Source of the DNA: Candidatus Poribacteria bacterium
GTDB lineage: Bacteria; Poribacteria; WGA-4E; WGA-3G
Assembly: GCA_963665235.2 (NCBI GenBank)
Contig: CAXXLX010000001.1
Location: 1,728,001-1,792,000, forward strand
Length of the DNA stretch: 64,000 nucleotides
Direction of reading: 5' to 3'
The position numbers and the translations under genes are program-made. Shown in pieces: positions 9,547 through 20,519 of this stretch (positions within the stretch are counted from its first letter, which is position 1; each line of letters starts with the position of its first letter). A model generated the notes under the pieces. The model saw only the letters and a program-made list of their open reading frames with translations, was not told the origin of the DNA and searched no databases.

Positions 9547-10125
9547 TCACCAGATGTTAGCGAGACCGTAAGTTAACTCAATATGTGCTTTCATGCCTTT
9601 ATCTGTGACCTTAACAAGATTTTTGAAGAACGCCTCAGTCTCTTGAATACCTCTACTTGTTAGGCGATTTCTCTTGCTAAGAGATTGAGTCCAAGTATTA
9701 GAGGGTATATCAAAACCGTGTGCGAAACTATGGCGTACCTCTACTATATCATCTAATTTCTGGCGTTCGATCCAGAGCAAAGTGTTGCTTGGATCATATC
9801 CTGTGTACTGGATAAGTATATTTCGGGTATTTTCAGCATTTGGCGTATTAAACCTTTTTAAGACGTTTTCTGCCCTTTGTCGGGCAATTGTGTAAATAGC
9901 TTGAAATTTAGGGGCCGACGGATCCGCTATCACGTCGTAGAAGTCACGCACAAGATTTTTTATATATGCATTCCACGCTCCAACATAAGCCGTGAGTCCT
10001 GCATGATAGTAAACCTGGACTTCATCATACGACATAGGGCGCAATCGTTTATCTGTTGCTGCTCTGCGAAGTATTTGTATACGATTCACTGAGGTTGTGT
10101 AAGTTGATGCTGCTGGTGATTTCAC
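9547..10125 (-). CDS. HEPN-domain protein (putative RNase)
   Basis: R-X4-H motif VRHSFAHG; N-terminal AYVGAWNAYIKNL helix typical of HEPN. Confidence 0.7.
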   Translation of the reverse strand: MKSPAASTYTTSVNRIQILRRAATDKRLRPMSYDEVQVYYHAGLTAYVGAWNAYIKNLVRDFYDVIADPSAPKFQAIYTIARQRAENVLKRFNTPNAENTRNILIQYTGYDPSNTLLWIERQKLDDIVEVRHSFAHGFDIPSNTWTQSLSKRNRLTSRGIQETEAFFKNLVKVTDKGMKAHIELTYGLANIW

Positions 10126-10134
10126 AGGGAACCC

Positions 10135-11241
10135 TTAAAGACAATTGACAAATTCAGTGAGTGCTTTTCGATACCGCTCTAAAGGTTCAGAATTGATTTG
10201 AACCTGTTTACCGTGAACCTTATGTGGTCCGGCTCGAAGACTATTTAACGGTATTCCTTTGAGTGTCATAATCACACATGCACTGTGATAGTCAGGTATC
10301 TCTATGAACCTCTCACTTGGTAACTCTTTAGGGTTCGCATAGATCAGACGATGCTTTTCATGGAGGCTATCTAACGTTGTCTTAATAGACTCACTCACAG
10401 CCTCAAAAGCTCTACTTGCTTTGCCACGATAGATGGTTACTCGGTTACTAACAAAGGTGTGGAGTTTCGGAATATCTAAACCCTCTTCCTTTGCCCTATT
10501 GGCAAAGTTGATTCTTGCATAAGTTGCCATCTTCGGGTCGGTTTCCATACTGTGACCATAAAGCAGCGCGACGACATTCCCAACAGCCCTGCGCGAACTA
10601 TCATCAGGTGTAAAAGGCACAACAAGATTTTCAGATGCAGCGAATGCTAATTGAGTATAGATAGCAAAACTCGGATTACAGTCAAGGATAAAAAGTGTAT
10701 CTCTGTCCCCGCTCCGTTGACGTAAAGCGATTGTCAAGTCTTTAATCCAACTGAGCACTTGTCTCCATGCAGTTACTGGAAGGGCAAGCTGAGATGTTTG
10801 GCGAATCGCTTCTGAAAGGATTTCCAACAGGTAGTCGCCGCATACTAAAAGTAAATTGCCTGGCAGTTTCGCGTTGAAGTTCCGAGGTCGACACACATAG
10901 GGAGACACATTCTCGATAGGATGGAACGGAGAATTCAACCGTGCTTCAAGGTAACCTGCGACTGTAGCACGCGGTTTTTTTCCTATCAGTTTGTTTATCA
11001 CATCATAATTTTTGTGAATTACATCATAATTTTCGTCGTCGGACATTTCATCGTTAGCATCGGTCCTGATTGAGATGTCAGAATCCAGAAGCAACATCTC
11101 AGAGACACTTGCCTGCGGGCAAAGGTCTATCACATAGATATCGGTGTCCGGGTAAGTGCGGGCATATTCGGTGGCTGCGACAAAGCTTAAGAAACTTTTA
11201 CCAACCCCGCCTTTATTGTTCCAAAACGCATAAGCTGTCAT
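10135..11241 (-). CDS. ParA/Soj-like ATPase
   Basis: YAFWNNKGGVGKS deviant Walker A, IDLCPQAS, LDCNPSF. Confidence 0.88.
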   Translation of the reverse strand: MTAYAFWNNKGGVGKSFLSFVAATEYARTYPDTDIYVIDLCPQASVSEMLLLDSDISIRTDANDEMSDDENYDVIHKNYDVINKLIGKKPRATVAGYLEARLNSPFHPIENVSPYVCRPRNFNAKLPGNLLLVCGDYLLEILSEAIRQTSQLALPVTAWRQVLSWIKDLTIALRQRSGDRDTLFILDCNPSFAIYTQLAFAASENLVVPFTPDDSSRRAVGNVVALLYGHSMETDPKMATYARINFANRAKEEGLDIPKLHTFVSNRVTIYRGKASRAFEAVSESIKTTLDSLHEKHRLIYANPKELPSERFIEIPDYHSACVIMTLKGIPLNSLRAGPHKVHGKQVQINSEPLERYRKALTEFVNCL

Positions 11242-11288
11242 AATCCCTTCCTTTCTCAAAAAAGTGAAAACGTTTAACCTCGTTTAGA

Positions 11289-11317
11289 ATTTTAACACAA
11301 ATTGGTACGAATGTCAA
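11289..11317 (-). promoter_or_regulatory. Sigma70-type promoter of ParA-HEPN operon
   Basis: Minus strand TTGACA-17-TAAAAT. Confidence 0.6.
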
Positions 11318-11425
11318 AAGATTTTTGCCTTTTGTTTTTGAAAAAAAATCGTCAATTTCACAGAAACGTGATATAATGTTTATCAGAAACCTATTTAGCG
11401 ATTAAAAGTTTGGAGATGTGAAAAA

Positions 11426-13017
11426 ATGCGTCGTTTCGAAACTCAAGGCCGTGTGTATCCTGAACATAACTACTTCGTCCCTCGCACCTCGGAGGTCAAG
11501 GATTTTATTGCCCGTGCCAAAGCGGGACGGTATATCGTCCTCTTCGCACCACGACAGACCGGGAAAACAACCTTCTTCCGATTAGCACTTGATGAACTCG
11601 CGCACAACGATGCAACCTATCTTCCAATTTATCTCAATTTTGAGGTGTACGAAGACTGCACACCTTCAGATTTCTACGGGGGCCTTGCAGAGGATATACA
11701 TGAGAAAATTGTGGAGGTTTTTCAGACGCAGGGAGAGGCGTTGCCGGAGACGCTAACGCATTTTTTAGAGAATGCACAGCTAACAGACCAACTTTCAATG
11801 CGAAGATTCTTCAGAGAATTGGCACGTTTTCTGAAGGACCGGCGGGTTGTCCTCATCATTGACGAGTTTGATGCCATTCCGCGTGGTGCATTGAAAGGAT
11901 TTCTCCGTTGGCTCCGGGATACCTATCTATCGGGCAAGACGCGATGTCCGCATAGCGTCTGTCTTGTCGGCGTTAAGAGCATCATGCAACTTGACTATGA
12001 CAGGTCCATTTCCCCCTTCAATATCCAAGATGAGTTTCACCTACCCAATTTTACGTTGGAACAAGTGTGCGAACTCCTATCACAATATACTGATGAAGTC
12101 GGACAAGCCTTCGCATCGGAGGTCATCACGTCTCTCTATAAACAGACTGCCGGGCAACCCTTCCTCGTCAACCGAATAGCGCAAATACTCACTGAAGAAT
12201 TGGATATTCCGAAACGGAGACGCTGACAATGATGCACTTCGCACGGGCACACAAGCAACTCCTAACGGAAAGGAATACGAACATTGAGCATCTAAGAACG
12301 AATGTCCGACGGGACCGGCGTTTTGAAAAGATTCTATTGCGTATCGCTTCTTATGAAAAAGGTCTACGCTTCAATCCAGATGATGACCTTATGAACGACC
12401 TTGTAACTTATGGGGTTATCAGGGAAGCGGCTGATGGTATGTGTGAGATTATCAACCCAATTTATCAGCATCGTATCCTACAGATATTCAAACCGACCTT
12501 TAACGGACTTGAAGACATATACTTCCCCGAAGACTCCGATGTGAATTTTATTGATTATCTCACATCTACAGGTGAACTCAAGATGGAGCCGCTACTCAAT
12601 AATTTCCAAGCGTTCATCGCACGCGCTGGGTTCCGTATCCTACAGGTGCCGAAGACACCTCAAGAATATGTCGGGCAAAATCTACTTTATGCCTATCTGG
12701 ATCACTTTGTTCATATTGTGGGCGCGGCTATGTTTTTAGAAGTTCAAACGGGACGGGGTAGAATAGACCTCCTTATTCTCCACAATCAGCAAAAGTACAT
12801 CATTGAGACAAAGATATGGGAGGGAAATAGCTACTACCAAGCTGGTAAAAAGCAGCTATCAGCCTATCTCAAATTGGAGGGGGCAGCCGAGGGATACTAT
12901 ATCGTCTTCGACCACCGCATGAATTCAATACCGCAGAGAGAAATAGAAACCGTGGATGGTGTGAAGATTCGGAGTTATGTCATTCCTGTGATGCAAGAAC
13001 GTCCCTCAGCCGTTTAG
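11426..13017 (+). pseudogene. AAA ATPase + PD-(D/E)XK nuclease, split by a 1-nt frameshift (ORFs 11426..12226 and 12229..13017)
   Basis: APRQTGKT, IIDEFD, GRIDL..IETK; CCGAAACGGAG here vs CCCAAAACGGAG in the intact paralog. Confidence 0.75.
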
Positions 13018-13147
13018 ATGAAAAAGGATTTTGGACTTACGTCTCTTCTGCTTCTGGAAAGAGCGCAGCTAACCGCGCATTCACAGAAACGTGATATAAT
13101 GTTTATCAGAAACCTATTTAGCGAGCAAAACCTGGAGATGTGAAAAA

Positions 13148-14740
13148 ATGCGCCGTTTCGAAACTCAAGGCCGTGTGTATCCTGAACATAACTACTTTGT
13201 CCCTCGAACCTCGGAGGTCAAGGATTTTATTACCCGTGCCAAAGCGGGACGATATATCGTCCTCTTCGCACCCCGGCAGACCGGGAAAACAACCTTCTTC
13301 CGATTAGCACTTGATGAACTCGCGCACAACGATGCAACCTATTTTCCACTTTATCTCAATTTTGAGGCGTATGAAGACTGTAACCCTTCAGATTTTTACG
13401 GGGGACTCACAGAGGATATACATCAGAAAATTGTGGAGGTTTTTCAGACGCGGGGAGAGGCGTTGCCAGAAACACTAACACATTTTTTGGAGAACGTTCA
13501 ACTAACCGATCATCTCTCAACGCGAAGATTCTTCAGAGAATTGGCACGTTTTCTGAAAGACCAGCGGGTTGTCCTCATCATTGACGAGTTTGATGCCATT
13601 CCGCGTGAGGCATTGAAAGGGTTTCTACGTTGGCTCCGCGATACCTATCTATCGGGCAAGACACGATGTCCGCATAGCGTCTGTCTTGTTGGTGTTAAGA
13701 ATATCACACAACTTGACTATGACAGGTCTATTTCGCCTTTCAATATTCAAGAGGAGTTTCACCTGCCCAATTTCACGCTTGAACAGGTGACCGAACTCTT
13801 ATCACAATATACCGAAGAAGTCGGACAAGTCTTTGCATCGGAGGTCATCACGTCTCTCCATAAACAGACTGCCGGGCAACCCTTCCTCGTCAACCGAATA
13901 GCACAAATACTCACTGAAGAATTGAGTATTCCCAAAACGGAGACAATCACCCTATCCCATTTTGCGACAGCACACGCGCTACTTCTTGAGGAAGACAATA
14001 CGAACCTCACACACCTGATAACCAATATCCGTAGAGACCGCCGTTTCGAAAACTTCCTCATGGAAATTCTCAATTCCGATGAAGGGGTCCGATTCAACCT
14101 ACGGAATCCACTTATTAATGAATTAGCCACTTATGGGGTCATCACAAAAGGTGCGGACAATCTTTGTGAAATTGTTAACCCGATTTATCTCTATTGCATC
14201 ATTCAGGCGTTCAAACCAGCAGTGAATGGATTGGAGCGGGCTTATTTCCCTGAAGGACAGCTGACCGGCTTTCATACATATCTCACCTCTACCGGAGATG
14301 TTGCTATGGAGGCGTTATTGGATAACTTCCGAGATTTCATCGCACGCGCAGGATATAAGATATTGGAGGTTCCAGAAACGCCACAAGAATATGTCGGGCA
14401 GCACCTGCTCTTTTCCTATCTTGAACTATTTGTCGGGATAGTAGGCGGGGGGTTGTTCCTTGAAGTCCAAACTGGGCGTGGTAAAATAGACCTTCTCATT
14501 AGTCACAACCATCAAAAATACATCGTTGAGACGAAGATATGGCGGGGCTTAGTTCACTATGAGGCGGGCAAAAAACAGCTTGCCGCGTATGTGAATTTAG
14601 CGGGTGCGGTAGGTGGATATTATATCATTTTTGACCATCGGCACTCCCCAGAATCGCGGATAGAAACAGAGACGATTGACGGTGTAAAGATTCGGAGTTA
14701 TGTCATTCCTGTGATGCAGGAACGTCCCTCAGCCGTTTAG
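13148..14740 (+). CDS. AAA ATPase with C-terminal PD-(D/E)XK nuclease domain
   Basis: APRQTGKT, IIDEFD, TAGQPFLV, EVQTGRGKIDL...IVETK. Confidence 0.88.
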   Translation: MRRFETQGRVYPEHNYFVPRTSEVKDFITRAKAGRYIVLFAPRQTGKTTFFRLALDELAHNDATYFPLYLNFEAYEDCNPSDFYGGLTEDIHQKIVEVFQTRGEALPETLTHFLENVQLTDHLSTRRFFRELARFLKDQRVVLIIDEFDAIPREALKGFLRWLRDTYLSGKTRCPHSVCLVGVKNITQLDYDRSISPFNIQEEFHLPNFTLEQVTELLSQYTEEVGQVFASEVITSLHKQTAGQPFLVNRIAQILTEELSIPKTETITLSHFATAHALLLEEDNTNLTHLITNIRRDRRFENFLMEILNSDEGVRFNLRNPLINELATYGVITKGADNLCEIVNPIYLYCIIQAFKPAVNGLERAYFPEGQLTGFHTYLTSTGDVAMEALLDNFRDFIARAGYKILEVPETPQEYVGQHLLFSYLELFVGIVGGGLFLEVQTGRGKIDLLISHNHQKYIVETKIWRGLVHYEAGKKQLAAYVNLAGAVGGYYIIFDHRHSPESRIETETIDGVKIRSYVIPVMQERPSAV

Positions 14741-14759
14741 ATGAAAAAGGATTTTGGAC

Positions 14760-15587
14760 TTACGTCTCTTCTGCTTCTGGAAAGAGCGCAGCTAACCGCG
14801 CAGCAAAACGGAACGCGCTATTGTCCTCTGGCGCATAACCTATGACCTTCCGGGCATTGGTAATACTCCAGAACTTATGCGAATTGTCGCTGATACCGTA
14901 GAAAATCTGGAACGGAATTCCGTTTTCGTCCGTTATATCTTCTGTTTCAATACTCTTAACGAAGAGTTGCACCTGATCACGGCTGCTTAAGTATGCCCCA
15001 AGTGCGCGGTGCATCTTCTGATAATTGTCTTCGGTGACATCCTCCATATCTGTCTCTCGCGGAGCCCCGATACGTATCTGTATATTCTGGAGTTTCTTAC
15101 TTTTTCTGTGTCCCGAAGCGAAAACGAACCCGAGATGCTCGTAAGCCTCTTTTGCCCACCCGTAAAAGTTATCTGACAACGGACGCATCTCCGGGGTAAC
15201 AAAATCCCATTTGCCTGCCCAGATGAGCCGTTCATAGTAGTCGGCGGCGTGATTGGAACTACAGACAACGACGCGCCGAACATCGGTGTCAAGACTGGTT
15301 TGATAGATGTTATATGCCATCTGAATATTGTTGAGTTCGTCTTGAAATCCGCCGCCTCGGAACGCACAGTGAATGACTGCGTCAACCCCTTCGAAATGGT
15401 GTCGATATATGTCCCTATTGGGGTCGCTCAGTTCAGCGATTTGGATACCTTCGACCTCCTCGCCTTGCCGATTCGTTGTTTTCACGTCTAGGAGGATAAG
15501 TTCGTACCGTTCGCGAAATGTGGGGAGCATTCTTCCGGCAATATAACCAGCGGCTCCGGTGATTAGGACTTTTCTACGGTTTTGCAT
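14760..15587 (-). CDS. NAD-dependent epimerase/dehydratase (uronate dehydrogenase-like)
   Basis: LITGAAGYIA, SSNHA, YGWAK; start MQNRRK after AAGGAG. Confidence 0.85.
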   Translation of the reverse strand: MQNRRKVLITGAAGYIAGRMLPTFRERYELILLDVKTTNRQGEEVEGIQIAELSDPNRDIYRHHFEGVDAVIHCAFRGGGFQDELNNIQMAYNIYQTSLDTDVRRVVVCSSNHAADYYERLIWAGKWDFVTPEMRPLSDNFYGWAKEAYEHLGFVFASGHRKSKKLQNIQIRIGAPRETDMEDVTEDNYQKMHRALGAYLSSRDQVQLFVKSIETEDITDENGIPFQIFYGISDNSHKFWSITNARKVIGYAPEDNSAFRFAARLAALFPEAEET

Positions 15588-15622
15588 TTTCGACTCCTTC
15601 CAGCATTGTTTTGAGACCATAT

Positions 15623-16429
15623 TTAGGAAGTTGATTTTTGTGCTGCGATTTTTTGTTTTTGCTCCCTCAGTTTTTCTTGTATTTCGAGTTTTAGCCGAGA
15701 GAACAATTGATCCGATTCAGGTAACGTAATTGCATCGTTGTACAGACCATGGTAACTAACAGTAGCGTTCCGAAATCCCTGACTGGGTTTATTTAGAAAA
15801 CGAACGAGTAACTCAAAAAGCAGCTTTCCTCGAAGTTGAAGATTATATGCTGCCCTTATGTCTTTAACCCTCTGATGCTCTAAAGGGAGAAAATCTAAAC
15901 CAGATGCCAAAGTAGTTTTTCCAAGCGGAATAACTTTATTTAAACGATGTGCAACCTCCACATATTCCTCATCTCGGATGGACTTAAAGGTTTTTCCTAG
16001 GTTCTTCCCTAAATATTCTTCCACTTTATAGGCAAACCACATGCTAATTGAATCTAGCGTTTGATTGTATTCTATCTTATTTCCTACGCGACCCTTTAAA
16101 TTGACATGTGAGTACAGATCGTTTTCAATGCTATATCCTTCTGTCCAAATAATGTCGTTATATTGAGCCGGGATGCCTCTGAATAACCACATATCCTGAT
16201 CTGCGATAAAAGCAACAGGCACGTTGGCAAATTCACTTCTGCGCTCATAAACCTGAAGTAATTGTGGCCTTCCCCCTGCATACAGAACTTCTGCTGTTAT
16301 TTCCATTCGTTCGATTAATTCTCGATAGATGATTTGATCATCTTTCCCCTCAACGACAATATTAGGTACCCCAGAATGTTTCAGAGCCCCAACTACTACG
16401 TTTACTGTCATAGGATTTGGTGTTGGCAT
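15623..16429 (-). CDS. DUF4435/TOPRIM-like nuclease (PARIS AriB-like)
   Basis: IVVEGKDD, FIADQD, YSIEN, LRGK motifs; directly downstream of an ABC ATPase. Confidence 0.78.
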   Translation of the reverse strand: MPTPNPMTVNVVVGALKHSGVPNIVVEGKDDQIIYRELIERMEITAEVLYAGGRPQLLQVYERRSEFANVPVAFIADQDMWLFRGIPAQYNDIIWTEGYSIENDLYSHVNLKGRVGNKIEYNQTLDSISMWFAYKVEEYLGKNLGKTFKSIRDEEYVEVAHRLNKVIPLGKTTLASGLDFLPLEHQRVKDIRAAYNLQLRGKLLFELLVRFLNKPSQGFRNATVSYHGLYNDAITLPESDQLFSRLKLEIQEKLREQKQKIAAQKSTS

Positions 16430-16449
16430 TTAGATTCTCCTTTGATATA

Positions 16450-17574
16450 TTACGACTCATCAAACGGAAGTTCCTTGTCCGGGTACTGGGTATAGATAAA
16501 AGGTGAGTGTGTCGCGATGAAAAATTGATTGCCTGTCGCTTGTTGAAGCAAAACCCGTAGCAAGGAACGCTGCCAGTCCAAGTGCAGGCTTAGCTCCGGT
16601 TCATCAATGAAAATCGCTGTATCACTACTAAACGCGTTGTAGCACAGAAAACTGAGCATCTGTTTCTCCCCAGAAGAGAGCTGATCTGAGGGTCTGGTAC
16701 CGTTTTCCTTTCCAAGCGTAAACCCTTCAGCGACTTTAATTCCACTAGAAAAAATCCTATCAACAAAATCGTTTAAAGACGTTAAGGGTTTGCGTAACTC
16801 CTCTACCTCAGAAGCAGCTTCAGCAAGCTTTTGGCGAATCTGCTCCAAGATAGAATTAGTCTCTTGGAGTTCTGAAATAGGGTTGGCGGGGATTTTTTCT
16901 TCAAACTCACCTGACAAGTCTGCATAGATTGCATTTATCTTCTCAGAAATCTCAATATGTTCCTGCGGAACCAGTTCGACTATATCGTTTGTTGAAAATG
17001 AAACAACGAATTTATGATTGCCGACAGATCTCATATCCGCGAATTGTGCTATTACATCTTGAAGTGTTTTTGTTTCCCTTGTCGGGGCGTGTCCAGAACT
17101 CGTTTCTCGTCTTATTCGTCCAGGGGAACTAGATTCTGGAATTCGAGAAAAACCGCCTTCAATTCTTCTAAAACTTGGAAAGAATAGGCTGCTCTTCATA
17201 GTTTCCATTATACCTGCTTTGAGATCTGCACATTTCGTGTCAACATCTTCGTAATTGGTAATTAGCTCCTGGTCATATTCGTAATCGGTAGCTAGCTCAG
17301 GTTCATGTTCACCCGAAAAAGACCATCTAATAAGAAATTTATCGGCCTCATTGGTAATAGATAATTTAAATTGGCTGGTAGCAACCGAAACGAAGTCAAA
17401 CCTGATGCCAAGGGCACGTTCAATTTGGCCGCTGAAGAGGTACCATATTAGTTGCAGCAGCGTCGTCTTGCCTGAACCGTTTGCTCCGGTAATAATGTTC
17501 AAGTCTTCATTGAATTCTAACGTTGTGTTAACCTCGCCATTCAAGCCTTCAACTTCAAATCTTTCGATAATCAA
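16450..17574 (-). CDS. ABC-type (AAA_21/AAA_15) ATPase (PARIS AriA-like)
   Basis: GANGSGKT, LSSGEKQ, IDEPELSLH, ATHSP. Confidence 0.85.
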   Translation of the reverse strand: MIIERFEVEGLNGEVNTTLEFNEDLNIITGANGSGKTTLLQLIWYLFSGQIERALGIRFDFVSVATSQFKLSITNEADKFLIRWSFSGEHEPELATDYEYDQELITNYEDVDTKCADLKAGIMETMKSSLFFPSFRRIEGGFSRIPESSSPGRIRRETSSGHAPTRETKTLQDVIAQFADMRSVGNHKFVVSFSTNDIVELVPQEHIEISEKINAIYADLSGEFEEKIPANPISELQETNSILEQIRQKLAEAASEVEELRKPLTSLNDFVDRIFSSGIKVAEGFTLGKENGTRPSDQLSSGEKQMLSFLCYNAFSSDTAIFIDEPELSLHLDWQRSLLRVLLQQATGNQFFIATHSPFIYTQYPDKELPFDES

Positions 17575-17740
17575 CGGTATGCCCTCTCAATCTGAATGTT
17601 CACAAATCTAACTACGGGATAGTCCTCGTCAGTACTAGTCAGTACTAGGAAGGGACGTAGAGTTCTCACAAGCAAGTGTTTTTTGAAAAAACTATACCTA
17701 TACCTAAACTTACGTTTCAAGTGAAGAGTCAGAAATTTTC

Positions 17741-19161
<1,421 letters not shown>

Positions 19162-19230
19162 GGTTCAAAACCCTGCCTTGTATCAGCTAGCGATTTGATT
19201 TAAAGCCAGGGAAAACGAAGGAACGCCGGC

Positions 19231-20409
19231 ATGAAACAGAAATATCAGATTGAAACTGTCACGCCTGTTCACATCGGTTCAGGTGAAACGTTGAACCATA
19301 TAAATGGTTACTACACCAACGGGAAGTGGTATCACATCGATTTGGAACGCGTCTTGGCGCATCCAAGTGCCGATGCCAATGTCTTAACGAGCGACATGGG
19401 GCAACGCAATTTCCGGTGGGAACGTTACCTTCGTCAGCACAATATGAATCCCGCGGAACTTTCTGCTTCTAGTTTTCCATGTCCACAAAACCCCGAAGAG
19501 GTTGAAATCCGGGAGGCGATCAAGGTGACTCATGATCAGCCTTTTATTCCAGGAAGCACACTCAAAGGTGCAATTCGGACAGCCCTATTATGGGAAATCC
19601 TGAATCAAAGCAGTGACGTTTATGAAAAGAGTCAAGAGCATTTGAACGAACTGATAAAGCGAGGCTCTCGTGGGAATCCCAGAAGAGAGCAACCTGCACG
19701 GCGGATAGAGACTCTCGCTTTCAGTAGTGATCCGAAACGCGGAGATCCGAATAGAGACCTTTTCCGCGCGTTACAGGTGAGTGATACTGCCCCACTTGAG
19801 AGTGATGCGCTTGAGATTGGCATGGCCTGGACGATGACGATTAATCGAAACAACAAACTCGTCCAGAAAATAGACAGAGGACGAGAGTATAAAAACTTCG
19901 TGCAGCAGATTCAAACGGGGCAGCGTCTGACGTTTACTCTCAAGATTGACGAGATGCTTTTCCGAGAAGACGAAAAGAATCGACTCAGTTTTACTGACCT
20001 ACAGCAGAAAACGCTCCAAGATATAGCGGAGGTGTGTCGCTCGGTAACCGACCAGCTCATGAAAAGTGAACGGGACTTCTTTTCCTACTATAGCCTCCCA
20101 GAAATCGCGAACATCTATGATAAACTCATCTCTTTAAATAGGAACCTCCCAGAAGGGGCATTCCTTTTGCAAATTGGGTGGGGCACCGGCTATCAAGCCA
20201 AAACCGTTTCGGCTGTTTTTACAGATGACGCAGAATTGCCTGTAAACTGGATGGACCTGCGTGAACGTTTTCGGTTAGGTGAGAGTCGTTCCCGACGCGG
20301 GCACTACGACGAACGCGAGTTCCCAAAAACACGGCGGATTTTATATCGTGGACAAAATCCGATTGCCCCCTTCGGTTGGATTAAAATTTCACCAGATGAA
20401 ACTGCTTGA
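19231..20409 (+). CDS. csm5: Type III-A RAMP Csm5
   Basis: TPVHIGSG, PFIPGSTLKGAIRTA, LQVSD, IGWGTG, PKTRR, PFGW. Confidence 0.92.
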   Translation: MKQKYQIETVTPVHIGSGETLNHINGYYTNGKWYHIDLERVLAHPSADANVLTSDMGQRNFRWERYLRQHNMNPAELSASSFPCPQNPEEVEIREAIKVTHDQPFIPGSTLKGAIRTALLWEILNQSSDVYEKSQEHLNELIKRGSRGNPRREQPARRIETLAFSSDPKRGDPNRDLFRALQVSDTAPLESDALEIGMAWTMTINRNNKLVQKIDRGREYKNFVQQIQTGQRLTFTLKIDEMLFREDEKNRLSFTDLQQKTLQDIAEVCRSVTDQLMKSERDFFSYYSLPEIANIYDKLISLNRNLPEGAFLLQIGWGTGYQAKTVSAVFTDDAELPVNWMDLRERFRLGESRSRRGHYDEREFPKTRRILYRGQNPIAPFGWIKISPDETA

Positions 20410-20434
20410 CAAAAAATGCCAGAGATGCTAAATT
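20406..20434 (+). promoter_or_regulatory. Internal promoter upstream of cas10
   Basis: TTGACA-17-TAAATT with extended TG. Confidence 0.45.
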
Positions 20435-20519
20435 TAGTGTCCTAGCTTTGATAGTTCCGCGCCTCAAATATTGGTGCCGGAAGCACGGACACCTTAAACA
20501 ATTAACTGGACGAAACATC

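Larger units (their letters stand above)
11357..14802 (+). repeat. Tandem duplication of two ~1.72-kb units
   Basis: Units 11357-13079 and 13080-14802 both start TTCACAGAAACGTGATATAATG and end GAGCGCAGCTAACCGCGCA. Confidence 0.9.

Noticed and set aside
9299-9571. 90-aa ORF
   Set aside because: Built from REP-like repeats (family A); no RBS or protein-like features
10135-11241. Chromosome/plasmid partition locus
   Set aside because: No parB, parS or rep gene recognised nearby; the partner is a HEPN protein
19162-19230. Single CRISPR-repeat-like hairpin (CCCTG...CAGGGAAAAC) between csm3 and csm5
   Set aside because: Single occurrence, too long, no second copy found
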